Shown here in pieces: positions 7,290-16,774 of a stretch of 24,000 bases of DNA. The position numbers and the translations under genes are program-made. Numbering within the stretch: position 1 is the stretch's first letter; every line of letters begins with the position of its first letter. Source of the DNA: an uncultured Candidatus Saccharibacteria bacterium (lineage in GTDB: Bacteria; Patescibacteriota; Minisyncoccia; Phycocordibacterales; UBA918); contig CAZCWH010000006.1 of the NCBI GenBank assembly GCA_964502345.1, forward strand, positions 1,684 to 25,683. Reading direction: 5' to 3'. Under the pieces are notes generated by a model. It searched no databases. It was not told where the DNA came from and worked only from the letters and a program-made list of their open reading frames with translations.

Positions 7290-8009
7290 ATGGCAGAATC
7301 ACCACGTTCTTCGTTTATACCTAGACAGTCAAGTACTGCAATTCCTGCAAAGATGCAGCGAAGGAGAACATTTAGTGTGTTCAATTTTCTTGCGTCGGTA
7401 ATCCTTATTGCATCGCTCATTGCCGCAGGGGGTGCATATTTCTATAAGGGAGTAGCTGAGAAGAAGCTCGTTGAAGCACAACTCAAACTTAAGGCAGAGA
7501 GTGAGAAATTTGGTATTGAAAAACTCAATGAAGTTCGTGACTTTAATCGACAACTGCTCGCCGTAAGGTACCTACTCGACCACCATATTGCACCATCCAA
7601 GATTTTTGATGCACTAGAACTTGATACACTTGGGAGCGTACAGTTCATGGAATTTACGCTTGAGTATGATCCTGAGGTAAATGACGTGCTCCTCACCGTA
7701 CTCGGCGGTACAGAAGAATTCAAGACGGTTGCACTTCAGGCACTCAAGTTTAGTGAACAGCCACTTCTCAAGGACGCCTTCTTTACCGAACTTGGATCAA
7801 AAGAAGTAACAAGTAATGAAATTGGAGTTAGTGGTACTAATGACCAATTCGAGCATGAGGTCAATTTCACTGTTGCCGGCAAAGTCCCAAGTGAATTGCT
7901 TGTGTACGGTGGAACGGAAGCAACACAAGCCGTAACAGAGGGAGTGATGGAGGCAGAGACCGTCGAAGAAGTACCGCAAAGTCCAGAGACCGTCAGTAGC
8001 CCAATTTAA
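7290..8009 (+). CDS. PilN-like inner-membrane pilus assembly protein
   Basis: Cytoplasmic N-terminus, a single TM helix (FNFLASVILIASLIAAGGAYFY), then a coiled coil. Positioned between pilM and a pilO-like gene. Confidence 0.65.
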   Translation: MAESPRSSFIPRQSSTAIPAKMQRRRTFSVFNFLASVILIASLIAAGGAYFYKGVAEKKLVEAQLKLKAESEKFGIEKLNEVRDFNRQLLAVRYLLDHHIAPSKIFDALELDTLGSVQFMEFTLEYDPEVNDVLLTVLGGTEEFKTVALQALKFSEQPLLKDAFFTELGSKEVTSNEIGVSGTNDQFEHEVNFTVAGKVPSELLVYGGTEATQAVTEGVMEAETVEEVPQSPETVSSPI

Positions 8010-8011
8010 AT

Positions 8012-8578
8012 ATGTTTAGAACCATTACACCAATATTCTCAGTCGTGCTTGCAATCGCTATGTACTTCTTTTTTACGGGCGATATATTTACTGAAATTAA
8101 AACCATTCAAGCCGAGACCACTGAATATGAGGTTGCTGTGCAGAAAGGAATAGAGTACAACCAAAAGCTTGAGTCATTACTTGCTACCAAACGTTCATTT
8201 AGTCCGCTTGATTCAGAGCGCGTCGCCACACTTGTTCCAACAGACCTTGATGAAGTACGTGTCCTTGTTGATCTAGAAGCGATGGCACAAACACATAAGA
8301 TGCTCCTCGGGAATATCGAGGTGGAAAATGGGGAAGTGATTTTAGCGGGAGTCGAGGAGGGCGTATCAAGTACCGAGGTGGGGATGCGAGATTTTGCCTC
8401 AGCTGACATATCATTTGGTCTCATTGGTACGTATGACCAGTTCAGAGCGCTGCTAGCAGATATTGAGAAGAGCCTTGTACTTATGGAAATAACTAACATT
8501 GATTTCATAGCGACTGAAGGAAGTCTTCAACAGTTTGATGTGACTATCCGTGTATATTCGCTACTGTCAGCAGTGTAA
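8012..8578 (+). CDS. PilO-like pilus assembly protein
   Basis: N-terminal TM segment, coiled coil, ferredoxin-like C-terminal half (FGLIGTYDQFRALLADIEKSLVLMEITNIDF). Synteny supports the call. Confidence 0.65.
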   Translation: MFRTITPIFSVVLAIAMYFFFTGDIFTEIKTIQAETTEYEVAVQKGIEYNQKLESLLATKRSFSPLDSERVATLVPTDLDEVRVLVDLEAMAQTHKMLLGNIEVENGEVILAGVEEGVSSTEVGMRDFASADISFGLIGTYDQFRALLADIEKSLVLMEITNIDFIATEGSLQQFDVTIRVYSLLSAV

Positions 8579-8587
8579 TACTTACCT

Positions 8588-8887
8588 ATGTCAAATTTAC
8601 TTAAAAACCTTCTCTTTGCACTCGGACTCGCACTCTTGCTGTGGTTGGGGTACGTCCTTTTCCTTCGAGATACTGAAGAAGCACTCATCACTGCAACTGG
8701 AGAAGGAATGTCAGCAGAAGCTGCTGTAAAAACACAGGAATTTATCGTTCGACTCAACGAGCTTGATCGCATGCGACTGGATACTTCGGTTATTACTGAC
8801 TCTCGTTTTATGTCACTGGCTAATTTTAGGCAGCCGATTACTGATGAACCATCTGGACGAAACAATCCATTTGCCCCACTGCAGTAA
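8588..8887 (+). CDS. Small single-TM protein in the pilus operon (PilP position)
   Basis: 99 aa, LLKNLLFALGLALLLWLGYVLFL TM segment. Tightly packed between the pilO-like gene and pilB. Confidence 0.65.
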   Translation: MSNLLKNLLFALGLALLLWLGYVLFLRDTEEALITATGEGMSAEAAVKTQEFIVRLNELDRMRLDTSVITDSRFMSLANFRQPITDEPSGRNNPFAPLQ

Positions 8888-8904
8888 GTAGTGGAGTACA
8901 TTGA

Positions 8905-10776
8905 GTGAATATGAATCTTCTTGCACTCCTAGAAGAAAAAAAGGTTATTGATAAGGAGGTCGCCTCGCGTGTTGAGGTGTATGCTCGTGAGCATAATGTT
9001 TCATATGAGCGCGCACTTCTTGAGGATGGTTTTGATGAAGAGGTGATTCGTACAACGGTGAGCGAGTATTTTGAACTTCCTCCGCGCACGATACCGGAAA
9101 ACGAAAAGATTGACCCTATGGTACTCAGGTATTTGCCTGAGGAGTCTGCTCGACACTATGGGATTATTCCGCTTCGCATGGAGGATGGAGTACTTGAGGT
9201 CGGTATCACCGATCCTGAAGATCTTTCGTTTCGCGATGCACTCAATTTTATCACTTCAAAACAGCAACTTCCGTATCGCCTCGCATACATTCTCGAACAA
9301 GATTTTGAACACGCAATGCACTCATACGAAAACCTCACCGGCGAGGTTGATGAGGCTCTTGTAGACCTAGAAACTGAACTCGAAGAAGATATTGCGGAGA
9401 AGACCGAAGAAGCGAAAAAAGATCAGCGGAAAGGTGACGGAGTGGAACATATCAAGGAAGATGCTCCGGTAACTAAGATTGTTGCCACGATACTCAGATA
9501 TGCTGTTGATGGTTCGGCGTCAGATATTCATATTGAACCAACAGAGAAGAAGGTGGTCGTACGTTTCCGTGTTGATGGGATACTCGAAAATAGCCTCGAA
9601 CTTCCTTTCAAAGTCCACCTTGCAGTTGTTGCACGTATTAAAATTCTAGCTTCGCTCAGGCTCGATGAGAAGCGTAAGCCTCAAGACGGTCGTTTTTCAG
9701 CATCGATTGATGGAAGACAGATAGACTTCCGTGTTTCAATTCTTCCAACGAGTCATGGTGAGAAAGTGGTAATGCGTATTCTCGATACCGAAACAGGTGT
9801 ACGTACACTTGAAGACACCGGTGTATCAAAGTACAACATCGAGCTCATTAGGAAAGCTATTGCTCAGCCATACGGTATCATCCTCATTTCAGGACCGACA
9901 GGTTCAGGTAAGTCGACAACCTTGTATGCGATGCTCTCAGAGGTTGATCGTGTCGGGAAGAACGTTATTTCACTCGAAGACCCGGTTGAATACAGTATTG
10001 AAGGAGTAAGTCAGTCGCAGATGCGTCCTGAGATTGGATACACGTTTGCAAACGGGCTTCGCACTGCACTTCGTCAGGACCCCGATGTCATCATGGTGGG
10101 GGAGATTCGTGATAAGGAGACAGCACAACTCGCTATTCAGGCGGCGCTTACTGGTCACCTTGTGCTGTCAACAATTCACACAAACAATGCTGCGGGAGTT
10201 ATACCTCGCCTCATTGATATGGGTGTGGATCCGTACCTTATCGCACCAACTCTCCAGTTAGCCATTGCTCAACGTCTTGTACGACGTATTTGTCCAAACT
10301 CCGGAAGAAAAGTACCTGTAGAAGGTGGTATTAAAATGATGCTCGAACATGAGTTTGATGGGCTTCCTGAAAAATATAGGACAAACATCCCGAAATTTGA
10401 GTCTATTCTCTACGCTGAGCCAACCGCTGAATGTTCAAATGGAACCAAAGGTCGTGTTGCGGTTATGGAAGCAATACAGATTAACGATGAAATCCAAAAG
10501 CTTATTCTCAGCAACTCCACTGAAGAGGAAATATTGAAGACTGCACGTAGGAACGGCTTTATGAGCATGAAGGAAGATGCAATCATTAAGGCGCTTGAGC
10601 ACTCCATTCCATTTGAGGAGATCAGTACTCTTGGAGGTGCACTTCTTATGTCAGATGAGGCTGAAGAAGAGGCAAAGGTCCCTGTAGAATTAACAGAAAC
10701 AGAAAAACTTGAGGCAGAGGGGATTGAAGTAGCAGATCCAACGCCTGTCGATAACCAAGAGATTCCGAAGTTTTAA
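8905..10776 (+). CDS. pilB: Type IV pilus assembly ATPase PilB (GspE family)
   Basis: GSPII_E N-terminal domain, Walker A GPTGSGKSTT, Asp box, Walker B RQDPDVIMVGEIRDKETA, STIHTNNAAGVIPRLIDMG. Confidence 0.95.
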   Translation: MNMNLLALLEEKKVIDKEVASRVEVYAREHNVSYERALLEDGFDEEVIRTTVSEYFELPPRTIPENEKIDPMVLRYLPEESARHYGIIPLRMEDGVLEVGITDPEDLSFRDALNFITSKQQLPYRLAYILEQDFEHAMHSYENLTGEVDEALVDLETELEEDIAEKTEEAKKDQRKGDGVEHIKEDAPVTKIVATILRYAVDGSASDIHIEPTEKKVVVRFRVDGILENSLELPFKVHLAVVARIKILASLRLDEKRKPQDGRFSASIDGRQIDFRVSILPTSHGEKVVMRILDTETGVRTLEDTGVSKYNIELIRKAIAQPYGIILISGPTGSGKSTTLYAMLSEVDRVGKNVISLEDPVEYSIEGVSQSQMRPEIGYTFANGLRTALRQDPDVIMVGEIRDKETAQLAIQAALTGHLVLSTIHTNNAAGVIPRLIDMGVDPYLIAPTLQLAIAQRLVRRICPNSGRKVPVEGGIKMMLEHEFDGLPEKYRTNIPKFESILYAEPTAECSNGTKGRVAVMEAIQINDEIQKLILSNSTEEEILKTARRNGFMSMKEDAIIKALEHSIPFEEISTLGGALLMSDEAEEEAKVPVELTETEKLEAEGIEVADPTPVDNQEIPKF

Positions 10777-10800
10777 TGAGTATAATGAAGCTTACACACT

Positions 10801-11199
10801 ATGAAAATTCTTCTTGTTGATGATGATGAGTTTCTTCGCGACATGTACGCCACGAAATTTGGTGAGGATGGACATACTGTGCATGTAGCACAGAATGGAC
10901 CTGAGGCACTCGGGATAATGGCTAATGAGCGTTTTGATGCCGTGCTCATGGATGTAATTATGCCTGGAATGACAGGAGTTGAACTTCTAAAAAAGATTAA
11001 AGAATCAGGTCTCTCGTATAGTCCTACATGTATTGTGCTCTCAAATCAGGGCGAGCAACACGATATCGATGATGCAACACAGGCAGGTGCTCACGGTTAC
11101 ATTATTAAAGCGGAAATGATCCCGAGTGAAGTCGTGGAAAAGGTTAAGAGTATAGTCCTGGGTAATACACCGAGCGCACCAACATATGGCAACAGTTGA
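10801..11199 (+). CDS. CheY-like stand-alone response regulator receiver
   Basis: KILLVDDDEFLRDMY, phosphoacceptor Asp in VLMDVIMPGMTG, conserved Ser in VLSNQG and Lys in YIIKAE. No output domain. Confidence 0.93.
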   Translation: MKILLVDDDEFLRDMYATKFGEDGHTVHVAQNGPEALGIMANERFDAVLMDVIMPGMTGVELLKKIKESGLSYSPTCIVLSNQGEQHDIDDATQAGAHGYIIKAEMIPSEVVEKVKSIVLGNTPSAPTYGNS

Positions 11200-12256
11200 T
11201 TATAAAAGAGAATTAGAGGATCTCATTGATATCGTTATTACTGAAAACGGGTCTGATATCCATCTTTCACTTAATTCTCATCCAATCATTCGTGTCGCGG
11301 GAGCACTCATTCCACTCATTAAGAAGCCAATTTTAAATACGAACGATCTCACGGGATTTTTGCGTGTACTCCTTACTAAGGAGAAGGAGGCAAAATTTAT
11401 GGAGACAAGCGAAATCGACTTCTCGTTCGCTGCTCAAAAGGGAGTACGGTTTCGAGGTAACTGCTTTTTTCAGAAAGGGTCTATCGCGATTGCGCTTCGA
11501 CATATTCCGAGTAACGTTCGTACGTTTAGCGAGCTCATGCTCCCACCAATACTTGAGACATTTACACAGAGACCACAGGGATTTTTCCTTTGTGTGGGGC
11601 CGGTAGGACAGGGAAAGTCCACAACACTCGCCGCCATGGTTGATCTGATTAACTCAACACGCGCAGAGCACATTGTGACAATCGAAGATCCTATCGAGTA
11701 CATTTTTGAACCTAAAAAATCTCTTGTTGAACAACGTGAAGTGGGCCTTGATACAGCAGATTTTTATACTGGCCTCCACTCCGCATTCCGACAGGACGTA
11801 GACGTCATCATGGTGGGTGAGATGCGTGGTCATGAAACTATCAGTACAGCCGTAACCGCTGCAGAAACAGGTCACCTTGTGTTCTCGACACTCCACACAA
11901 ATAATGCTGCACAAACTCTCGACCGTATCATTGATACATTTCCTGCAGAGCAGCAAGATCAAATCCGTACCCAGCTTTCGGGCTCACTTGCAGCAATCTT
12001 CTCGCAACGACTCATTCCACGTATCTCAGGAGGTCTTATTCCAGCCTACGAGCTCCTCATAAATAACTCTGCAGTCGCAAATCTTATCCGTGAGAGGCGG
12101 ACACATGAAATTCAGACAGTCATTGAGACTGGGCTAGAACACGGTATGATAGATATGAACCGCTCGCTCGTTGAACTTGTTCAGAAAGGAGAAGTCACTG
12201 TCGAGAACGCCTTTGCGTATTCAACAAATCCAAAAGGTCTTGAACGTTTGATGTAA
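11186..12256 (+). CDS. pilT: Twitching motility ATPase PilT
   Basis: SDIHLSLNSHPIIRVAG, Walker A GPVGQGKSTT, VTIEDPIEYIF, FRQDVDVIMVGEMRGHETI, STLHTNNAAQTLDRIID. Confidence 0.93.
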   Translation: MATVDYKRELEDLIDIVITENGSDIHLSLNSHPIIRVAGALIPLIKKPILNTNDLTGFLRVLLTKEKEAKFMETSEIDFSFAAQKGVRFRGNCFFQKGSIAIALRHIPSNVRTFSELMLPPILETFTQRPQGFFLCVGPVGQGKSTTLAAMVDLINSTRAEHIVTIEDPIEYIFEPKKSLVEQREVGLDTADFYTGLHSAFRQDVDVIMVGEMRGHETISTAVTAAETGHLVFSTLHTNNAAQTLDRIIDTFPAEQQDQIRTQLSGSLAAIFSQRLIPRISGGLIPAYELLINNSAVANLIRERRTHEIQTVIETGLEHGMIDMNRSLVELVQKGEVTVENAFAYSTNPKGLERLM

Positions 12257-12267
12257 TAACAACACAT

Positions 12268-13476
12268 ATGCTCTTCTCATATAAAGCAATTGATCAGTCG
12301 AGCACCCCACGTGAGGGGACTGTTGAAGCGAAGAATACTGAGTCTGCGATTCAGACGGTACAAGACCGCGGGTACACTATTATTTCAGTTGAGCCACTCA
12401 ATGAAAAGAAGTCAGCACTCAATATTGAAATCAAGTGGTTTGAACGTGTTTCAAATAAGGAGGTGGTGATTCTGTCGAGGCAGATATCAACGCTCTTTGA
12501 GGCACAGGTATCAGCGCTCCGTGTGTTTAGGTTACTTGCGGCAGAAACAGAAAATCCAAAATTGCAGCGCATCATGACCGAAATCTCAGACGATTTGCAA
12601 GGAGGAAGTTCGATTTCAAGGGCACTTGCGAATCACCCTGATGTATTTACACCTTTTTACGTAAGCATGGTCCGCTCAGGCGAAGAATCAGGTACGCTCG
12701 AGCAAGTGTTTGCGTACCTTGCAGATTATCTCGACCGAATGTACCAGGTAGTCTCAAAGGCTCGGAACGCACTCATCTACCCAGGGTTCGTGATTTCGAT
12801 ATTTATTGCCGTGATGCTCCTTATGCTTACTCTGGTTATTCCACGCATCAGTGAAATTCTCACAAGCTCAGGACAAGAAATTCCAATTTATACAAAAATC
12901 GTCATCGGTCTTTCTGATTTCTTTGCGAATTATATTGGTCTCATAGCGATAGCAGTTGCGCTCATTGGAATTGTGTTCTGGCAATTTATGAAGACTGCAG
13001 TCGGACGCCGTGCTGTTGATGAGTTTAAGCTCAAGATTCCAGTCATCGGAGATCTCTATGAAAAATTGTTTTTGACACGTATTTGCGACAACCTTTCGAC
13101 AATGCTTTCCTCAGGTATCTCAATGGTACAGGCACTTGAGATTACCGCTGAAGTTGTTGATAATGCGGTGTATCGGGAAATCATTGAAGATACCGTCGTT
13201 GATGTAAAAGGAGGGAAGTCGTTTGCTGACTCTATTTCTGAATATCCAGAGATTCCAGGTGTGCTCGCACAAATGAGTAAGGTTGGAGAGGAAACAGGTA
13301 AGCTTGGAGACATTCTCAGCACACTCTCAACGTTCTACCGACGTGAAGTAAACAATTCTGTTGATACACTCATTTCGCTCATTGAACCAGCCATGATTGT
13401 GCTTCTCGGTCTTGGGGTAGGAACACTACTCGCTTCTGTGCTTATCCCAATTTATAACATCACGGGCTCTATATAG
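12268..13476 (+). CDS. pilC: Type IV pilus inner-membrane platform protein PilC (GspF family)
   Basis: FSYKAID start, LSRQISTLFEAQVSALRVFRLLAAE, three TM regions, VPxFGDLYEK-like VIGDLYEKLFLTRICDNLSTMLSSGISMVQAL. Confidence 0.93.
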   Translation: MLFSYKAIDQSSTPREGTVEAKNTESAIQTVQDRGYTIISVEPLNEKKSALNIEIKWFERVSNKEVVILSRQISTLFEAQVSALRVFRLLAAETENPKLQRIMTEISDDLQGGSSISRALANHPDVFTPFYVSMVRSGEESGTLEQVFAYLADYLDRMYQVVSKARNALIYPGFVISIFIAVMLLMLTLVIPRISEILTSSGQEIPIYTKIVIGLSDFFANYIGLIAIAVALIGIVFWQFMKTAVGRRAVDEFKLKIPVIGDLYEKLFLTRICDNLSTMLSSGISMVQALEITAEVVDNAVYREIIEDTVVDVKGGKSFADSISEYPEIPGVLAQMSKVGEETGKLGDILSTLSTFYRREVNNSVDTLISLIEPAMIVLLGLGVGTLLASVLIPIYNITGSI

Positions 13477-13494
13477 ACGTATGAGGGGCAGTAT

Positions 13495-13530
13495 AAAAAA
13501 CTGAGCTACCGTAGGTGGCTCAGTTTTTTA
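13495..13530 (+). terminator. Rho-independent terminator after pilC
   Basis: AAAAAACTGAGC TACCGTAGGTG GCTCAGTTTTTT. Confidence 0.9.
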
Positions 13531-13565
13531 TACACACATGAAGGCCAAAACCTACTGAAACCTCG

Positions 13566-13571
13566 TATAAT
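13566..13571 (+). promoter_or_regulatory. Possible -10 element (TATAAT) for the major pilin
   Basis: Consensus TATAAT between the pilC terminator and the pilin. No clear -35. Confidence 0.4.
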
Positions 13572-13619
13572 GGTAGGTAACCACACTACGTGGAGTAATA
13601 TATTACTTATTTATAATTT

Positions 13620-14051
13620 ATGATGAACAATAATACATACAAACGAGGTTTCACACTCATCGAGCTCCTCGTAGTGATCGCCATCATCGGTATCCTTGCA
13701 TCCGTTGTACTCGCGTCACTAAACTCAGCTCGCGATAAGGGTGCAGATGCAGCTGCAAAGTCTTCAATGAATAACGCTCGAGCGCAGTCAGAGTTGTACT
13801 ACGATGACAATGCTCGAACATACACAACTGTATGTACAGCGGGTACTAACAACATTTCACCATTGCTTGATGCAGCCGATGCTGCAGTTACAGCTGCAGA
13901 TGCTTGTTTTGATACTGCCGCGGGTTGGGCAGCATCAATCGACCTCAATGCAACTGGAGCAGCAGGTTGGTACTGCGTTGATAGTACAGGATTCGGAGGT
14001 ACACTTGCAGCTGACCCTGCAATTTCGGACGCAAACCTTACTTGTCTATAG
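13620..14051 (+). CDS. Type IV pilin (probable major pilin)
   Basis: Prepilin motif KRG|FTLIELLVVIAIIGILASVVLASL, monocistronic between a terminator pair, four C-terminal-domain cysteines. Confidence 0.9.
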   Translation: MMNNNTYKRGFTLIELLVVIAIIGILASVVLASLNSARDKGADAAAKSSMNNARAQSELYYDDNARTYTTVCTAGTNNISPLLDAADAAVTAADACFDTAAGWAASIDLNATGAAGWYCVDSTGFGGTLAADPAISDANLTCL

Positions 14052-14066
14052 AAGTACGCTATACAC

Positions 14067-14093
14067 AAAAAAACGCCCTCAGGGCGTTTTTTT
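14067..14093. terminator. Bidirectional terminator between convergent pilin genes
   Basis: AAAAAAACGCCC-TCA-GGGCGTTTTTTT: A tract on one side, T tract on the other. Confidence 0.9.
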
Positions 14094-14124
14094 GTTGTAT
14101 TACCTCAACACCACTTTTTACACA

Positions 14125-14610
14125 TCAGAAGCGAGAAGTACATAATGTTGTAGCATTTGCGGCATACCATACAGCACATCCATACGGTCCAGGGCCACGG
14201 GTAACACTACAATAGTTGCTCCCGCCCTTATCTTGTTCTGTGTTTACGGCGAGCAAAATTGATTTTCTATCTGCTGAGACGCAGTAATAATAGTGTGTTG
14301 CAGCTTCAGGTGGAACGCTTGTCATAAACTGTGTTGAACTGAAGAAACTCGGTTCAATTCCACTGAGGTTTCCTCCAGTATTTACGCCAGCAACACCAAA
14401 ATATGGATATACTCCATCGGTTGTAAAGTATAATTCTAATGCCTTAAGTACTTCTTGGATTTGAGTTTTTCGAGCAGCGTCCCGTCCTTTTGTTCGCGAA
14501 TCTTGAACAGACATAGCAACGATACTTGCAAGTACTCCAATAATTGCCATCACTACAAGTAACTCGATAAGCGTAAATCCAAGTGTTTTATAAAAGTTTT
14601 TGACAAACAT
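14125..14610 (-). CDS. Second type IV pilin / pseudopilin, inverted relative to the operon
   Basis: Prepilin motif LG|FTLIELLVVMAIIGVLASIVAMSV. ATG at 14610 is preferred over the track's TTG start at 14628, which overlaps a TATAAT on the minus strand. Confidence 0.88.
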   Translation of the reverse strand: MFVKNFYKTLGFTLIELLVVMAIIGVLASIVAMSVQDSRTKGRDAARKTQIQEVLKALELYFTTDGVYPYFGVAGVNTGGNLSGIEPSFFSSTQFMTSVPPEAATHYYYCVSADRKSILLAVNTEQDKGGSNYCSVTRGPGPYGCAVWYAANATTLCTSRF

Positions 14611-14627
14611 AAGTAGATCAACACACA

Positions 14628-14633
14628 ATTATA
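14628..14633 (-). promoter_or_regulatory. Possible -10 element (TATAAT) for the inverted pilin
   Basis: TATAAT on the minus strand 17 nt upstream of ATG 14610. Confidence 0.4.
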
Positions 14634-14767
14634 CCTTTTTTTGTTTGAATTACGCTTCTTTTTCGGGTAACAAGAGCATTCATACATGTCAGATCAGCTG
14701 ATGTACATAGATTGGTAGTGATGGATATTTTTCTCGCCACCTGTTCGGATAAGGTACAATAATGTGA

Positions 14768-15589
14768 ATGGAACTATATTGGTTTGTTATTGTCTTTGTA
14801 TTCGGTGCCATCATTGGCAGTTTTCTTAATGTGGTTATCTATCGCCTTCATACCGGAAGGTCTCTCAATGGTCGTTCACACTGTATGACCTGTGGGACTC
14901 ATCTGAGATGGTTTGAACTCTTTCCTGTTTTTTCATATGTAATACTTCTTGCGAAGTGTCGTTATTGTAGGGCTTTTATTCCGAGCCGGTATCTGCTCGT
15001 CGAAATGCTCACAGGGATCTCATTTGTCCTTTTATGGCAAAGCATGAGTCATAATCTAGTACTCTTTGGACTCTATGGAGGTCTCATCTCAACACTCATT
15101 ATTATTCTCCTCTATGATATTCGGCATACCATAATCCCGGATGAACTCACGGTCATTGTGGGAATTTTCGCGCTTGTGATACTTGGATACGAGTATGTCG
15201 AGTATAGAGACCTCGCGACACTCATTTACGATGTACTTGGTGGTATGTCAGCAGGTCTTTTCTTTGCGGGGCTCTGGTACGTTTCAAGAGGGAGGTGGAT
15301 TGGTTTAGGGGATGCAAAGCTTGCGCTCCCTTTGGCAATAATAGTTGGATACAACCAAGTGTTTTCGATGGTTGTGCTCTCGTTTTGGGTTGGTGCGATA
15401 GTTAGTCTCACAATCTTATCTTTACAGCATCTGCTTGAAAGGTGGAAAACACACTTACCTTATCTCACGCAAACCATTACAATGAAGAGTGAGGTTCCCT
15501 TTGCCCCCTTTCTTATCGCGGGATTCTTGCTCGCCCACTTCTTTCATGCGGATATCTTCGACATCACTAACAGCCTCTTATTCTTCTAA
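14768..15589 (+). CDS. pilD: Prepilin peptidase PilD (A24 family)
   Basis: GAIIGSFLNVVIYRL, paired CMTCG...CRYC cysteines, LLYDIRHTIIPDEL and GLGDAKLALPLAIIVG aspartate motifs. Confidence 0.95.
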   Translation: MELYWFVIVFVFGAIIGSFLNVVIYRLHTGRSLNGRSHCMTCGTHLRWFELFPVFSYVILLAKCRYCRAFIPSRYLLVEMLTGISFVLLWQSMSHNLVLFGLYGGLISTLIIILLYDIRHTIIPDELTVIVGIFALVILGYEYVEYRDLATLIYDVLGGMSAGLFFAGLWYVSRGRWIGLGDAKLALPLAIIVGYNQVFSMVVLSFWVGAIVSLTILSLQHLLERWKTHLPYLTQTITMKSEVPFAPFLIAGFLLAHFFHADIFDITNSLLFF

Positions 15590-16169
15590 TATTTGCCCGC
15601 GTGCCCGTGGGTTTACATTAGTTGAGCTTCTTATTTCAATTGCGATTATTAGTGTCATCTCGGCACTTGTTATCGTCAAGTTCTCGGCGTTTGACAGTAC
15701 CGTTCTTCTTAAGAGTGCTGCATATGAAGTTGCGCTCTCACTCCGTGACGCACAGGTGTACTCAATAAGTGTGCACGGACAAACAGGTCAATTTGATTAT
15801 CCGTACGGTGTACACTTTGTGCCAGGGAATACGTACACCTTCTTTAGAGACAGTGTTGTAGGAGCTTCACCTCCCATCTATCTGGCCGGGACAGATACAA
15901 ATATTAATACGTTCACCATTGGAAGGTCTATAGTCATACAGAGTGTCTGTGTAACGAACTCAGCTGGATCAGAGACATGTGCAACAAGCGCTTCTAATCC
16001 CGTACTCGACATTTCTTTCAGACGACCTGAATTTAGTGCGCTTTTCTACTCTGATTTACTTGGAGGTGGAATAGTATCTGCAAAGATTAAACTCCAATCG
16101 ACTACAGGGACAGAGGTCTGGGTTGTTGAGGTGGGACTCTTGGGTCAAATCTCAGTGTATAAGCAGTGA
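15546..16169 (+). CDS. Minor pseudopilin, GspH/FimT-like
   Basis: Prepilin motif ARG|FTLVELLISIAIISVISALVIVKF. The start overlaps the pilD 3' end; the exact start codon is uncertain. Confidence 0.8.
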   Translation: MRISSTSLTASYSSNICPRARGFTLVELLISIAIISVISALVIVKFSAFDSTVLLKSAAYEVALSLRDAQVYSISVHGQTGQFDYPYGVHFVPGNTYTFFRDSVVGASPPIYLAGTDTNINTFTIGRSIVIQSVCVTNSAGSETCATSASNPVLDISFRRPEFSALFYSDLLGGGIVSAKIKLQSTTGTEVWVVEVGLLGQISVYKQ

Positions 16170-16170
16170 T

Positions 16171-16773
16171 ATGTATCGTATGAGTATTTTTAAAGTAAAA
16201 AGGAAGATACCATCACAATCAGGCTTTTCGCTTATTGAACTAATGGTATCGCTCACCATTTTCTCTCTCGTCATGGTGGTGAGTATTAGTACACTTCTCA
16301 CCATTATTGATGCGAATGCGAAAGCACAGGCACTCTACTCGTCGATGACGAACCTCTCCTTTGCTGTCGATAGTATGAGTCGAAACACCCGCACCGCGTA
16401 TGATCACTATTGTGGTAGTTATGCAAATGTGAGTGGTGCTAACCTTCCAGCAGGGAACAGGGACTGTAGCGGTGGAGACGCGATTGTCTTTACGCGTGAA
16501 CGGGATGGGAGTCGAGTCGGGTATCGTTGGGATAGCAACAAGATGACGATTGAGCAAAAAATTGCAGGAGTTGCGAACGACGCATGGCTTCCTATTACCT
16601 CCTCCACAACTAAAATAACAGTTTTTGAGGTAACAGTGGATGGAAGTACAGGCGGGGATGATAGGCAAACAAACGTCACGATACTCATCAATGGGTATGT
16701 AATGAACGGCCTTGATACATCAACAGATTTTGTCCTTCAAACCAATGTTACTCAGCGAATTTTGAATTATTAA
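16171..16773 (+). CDS. Minor pseudopilin, PilW/GspJ-like
   Basis: SG|FSLIELMVSLTIFSLVMVVSISTLLTI. Next gene of the minor pilin array. Confidence 0.8.
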   Translation: MYRMSIFKVKRKIPSQSGFSLIELMVSLTIFSLVMVVSISTLLTIIDANAKAQALYSSMTNLSFAVDSMSRNTRTAYDHYCGSYANVSGANLPAGNRDCSGGDAIVFTRERDGSRVGYRWDSNKMTIEQKIAGVANDAWLPITSSTTKITVFEVTVDGSTGGDDRQTNVTILINGYVMNGLDTSTDFVLQTNVTQRILNY

Positions 16774-16774
16774 T

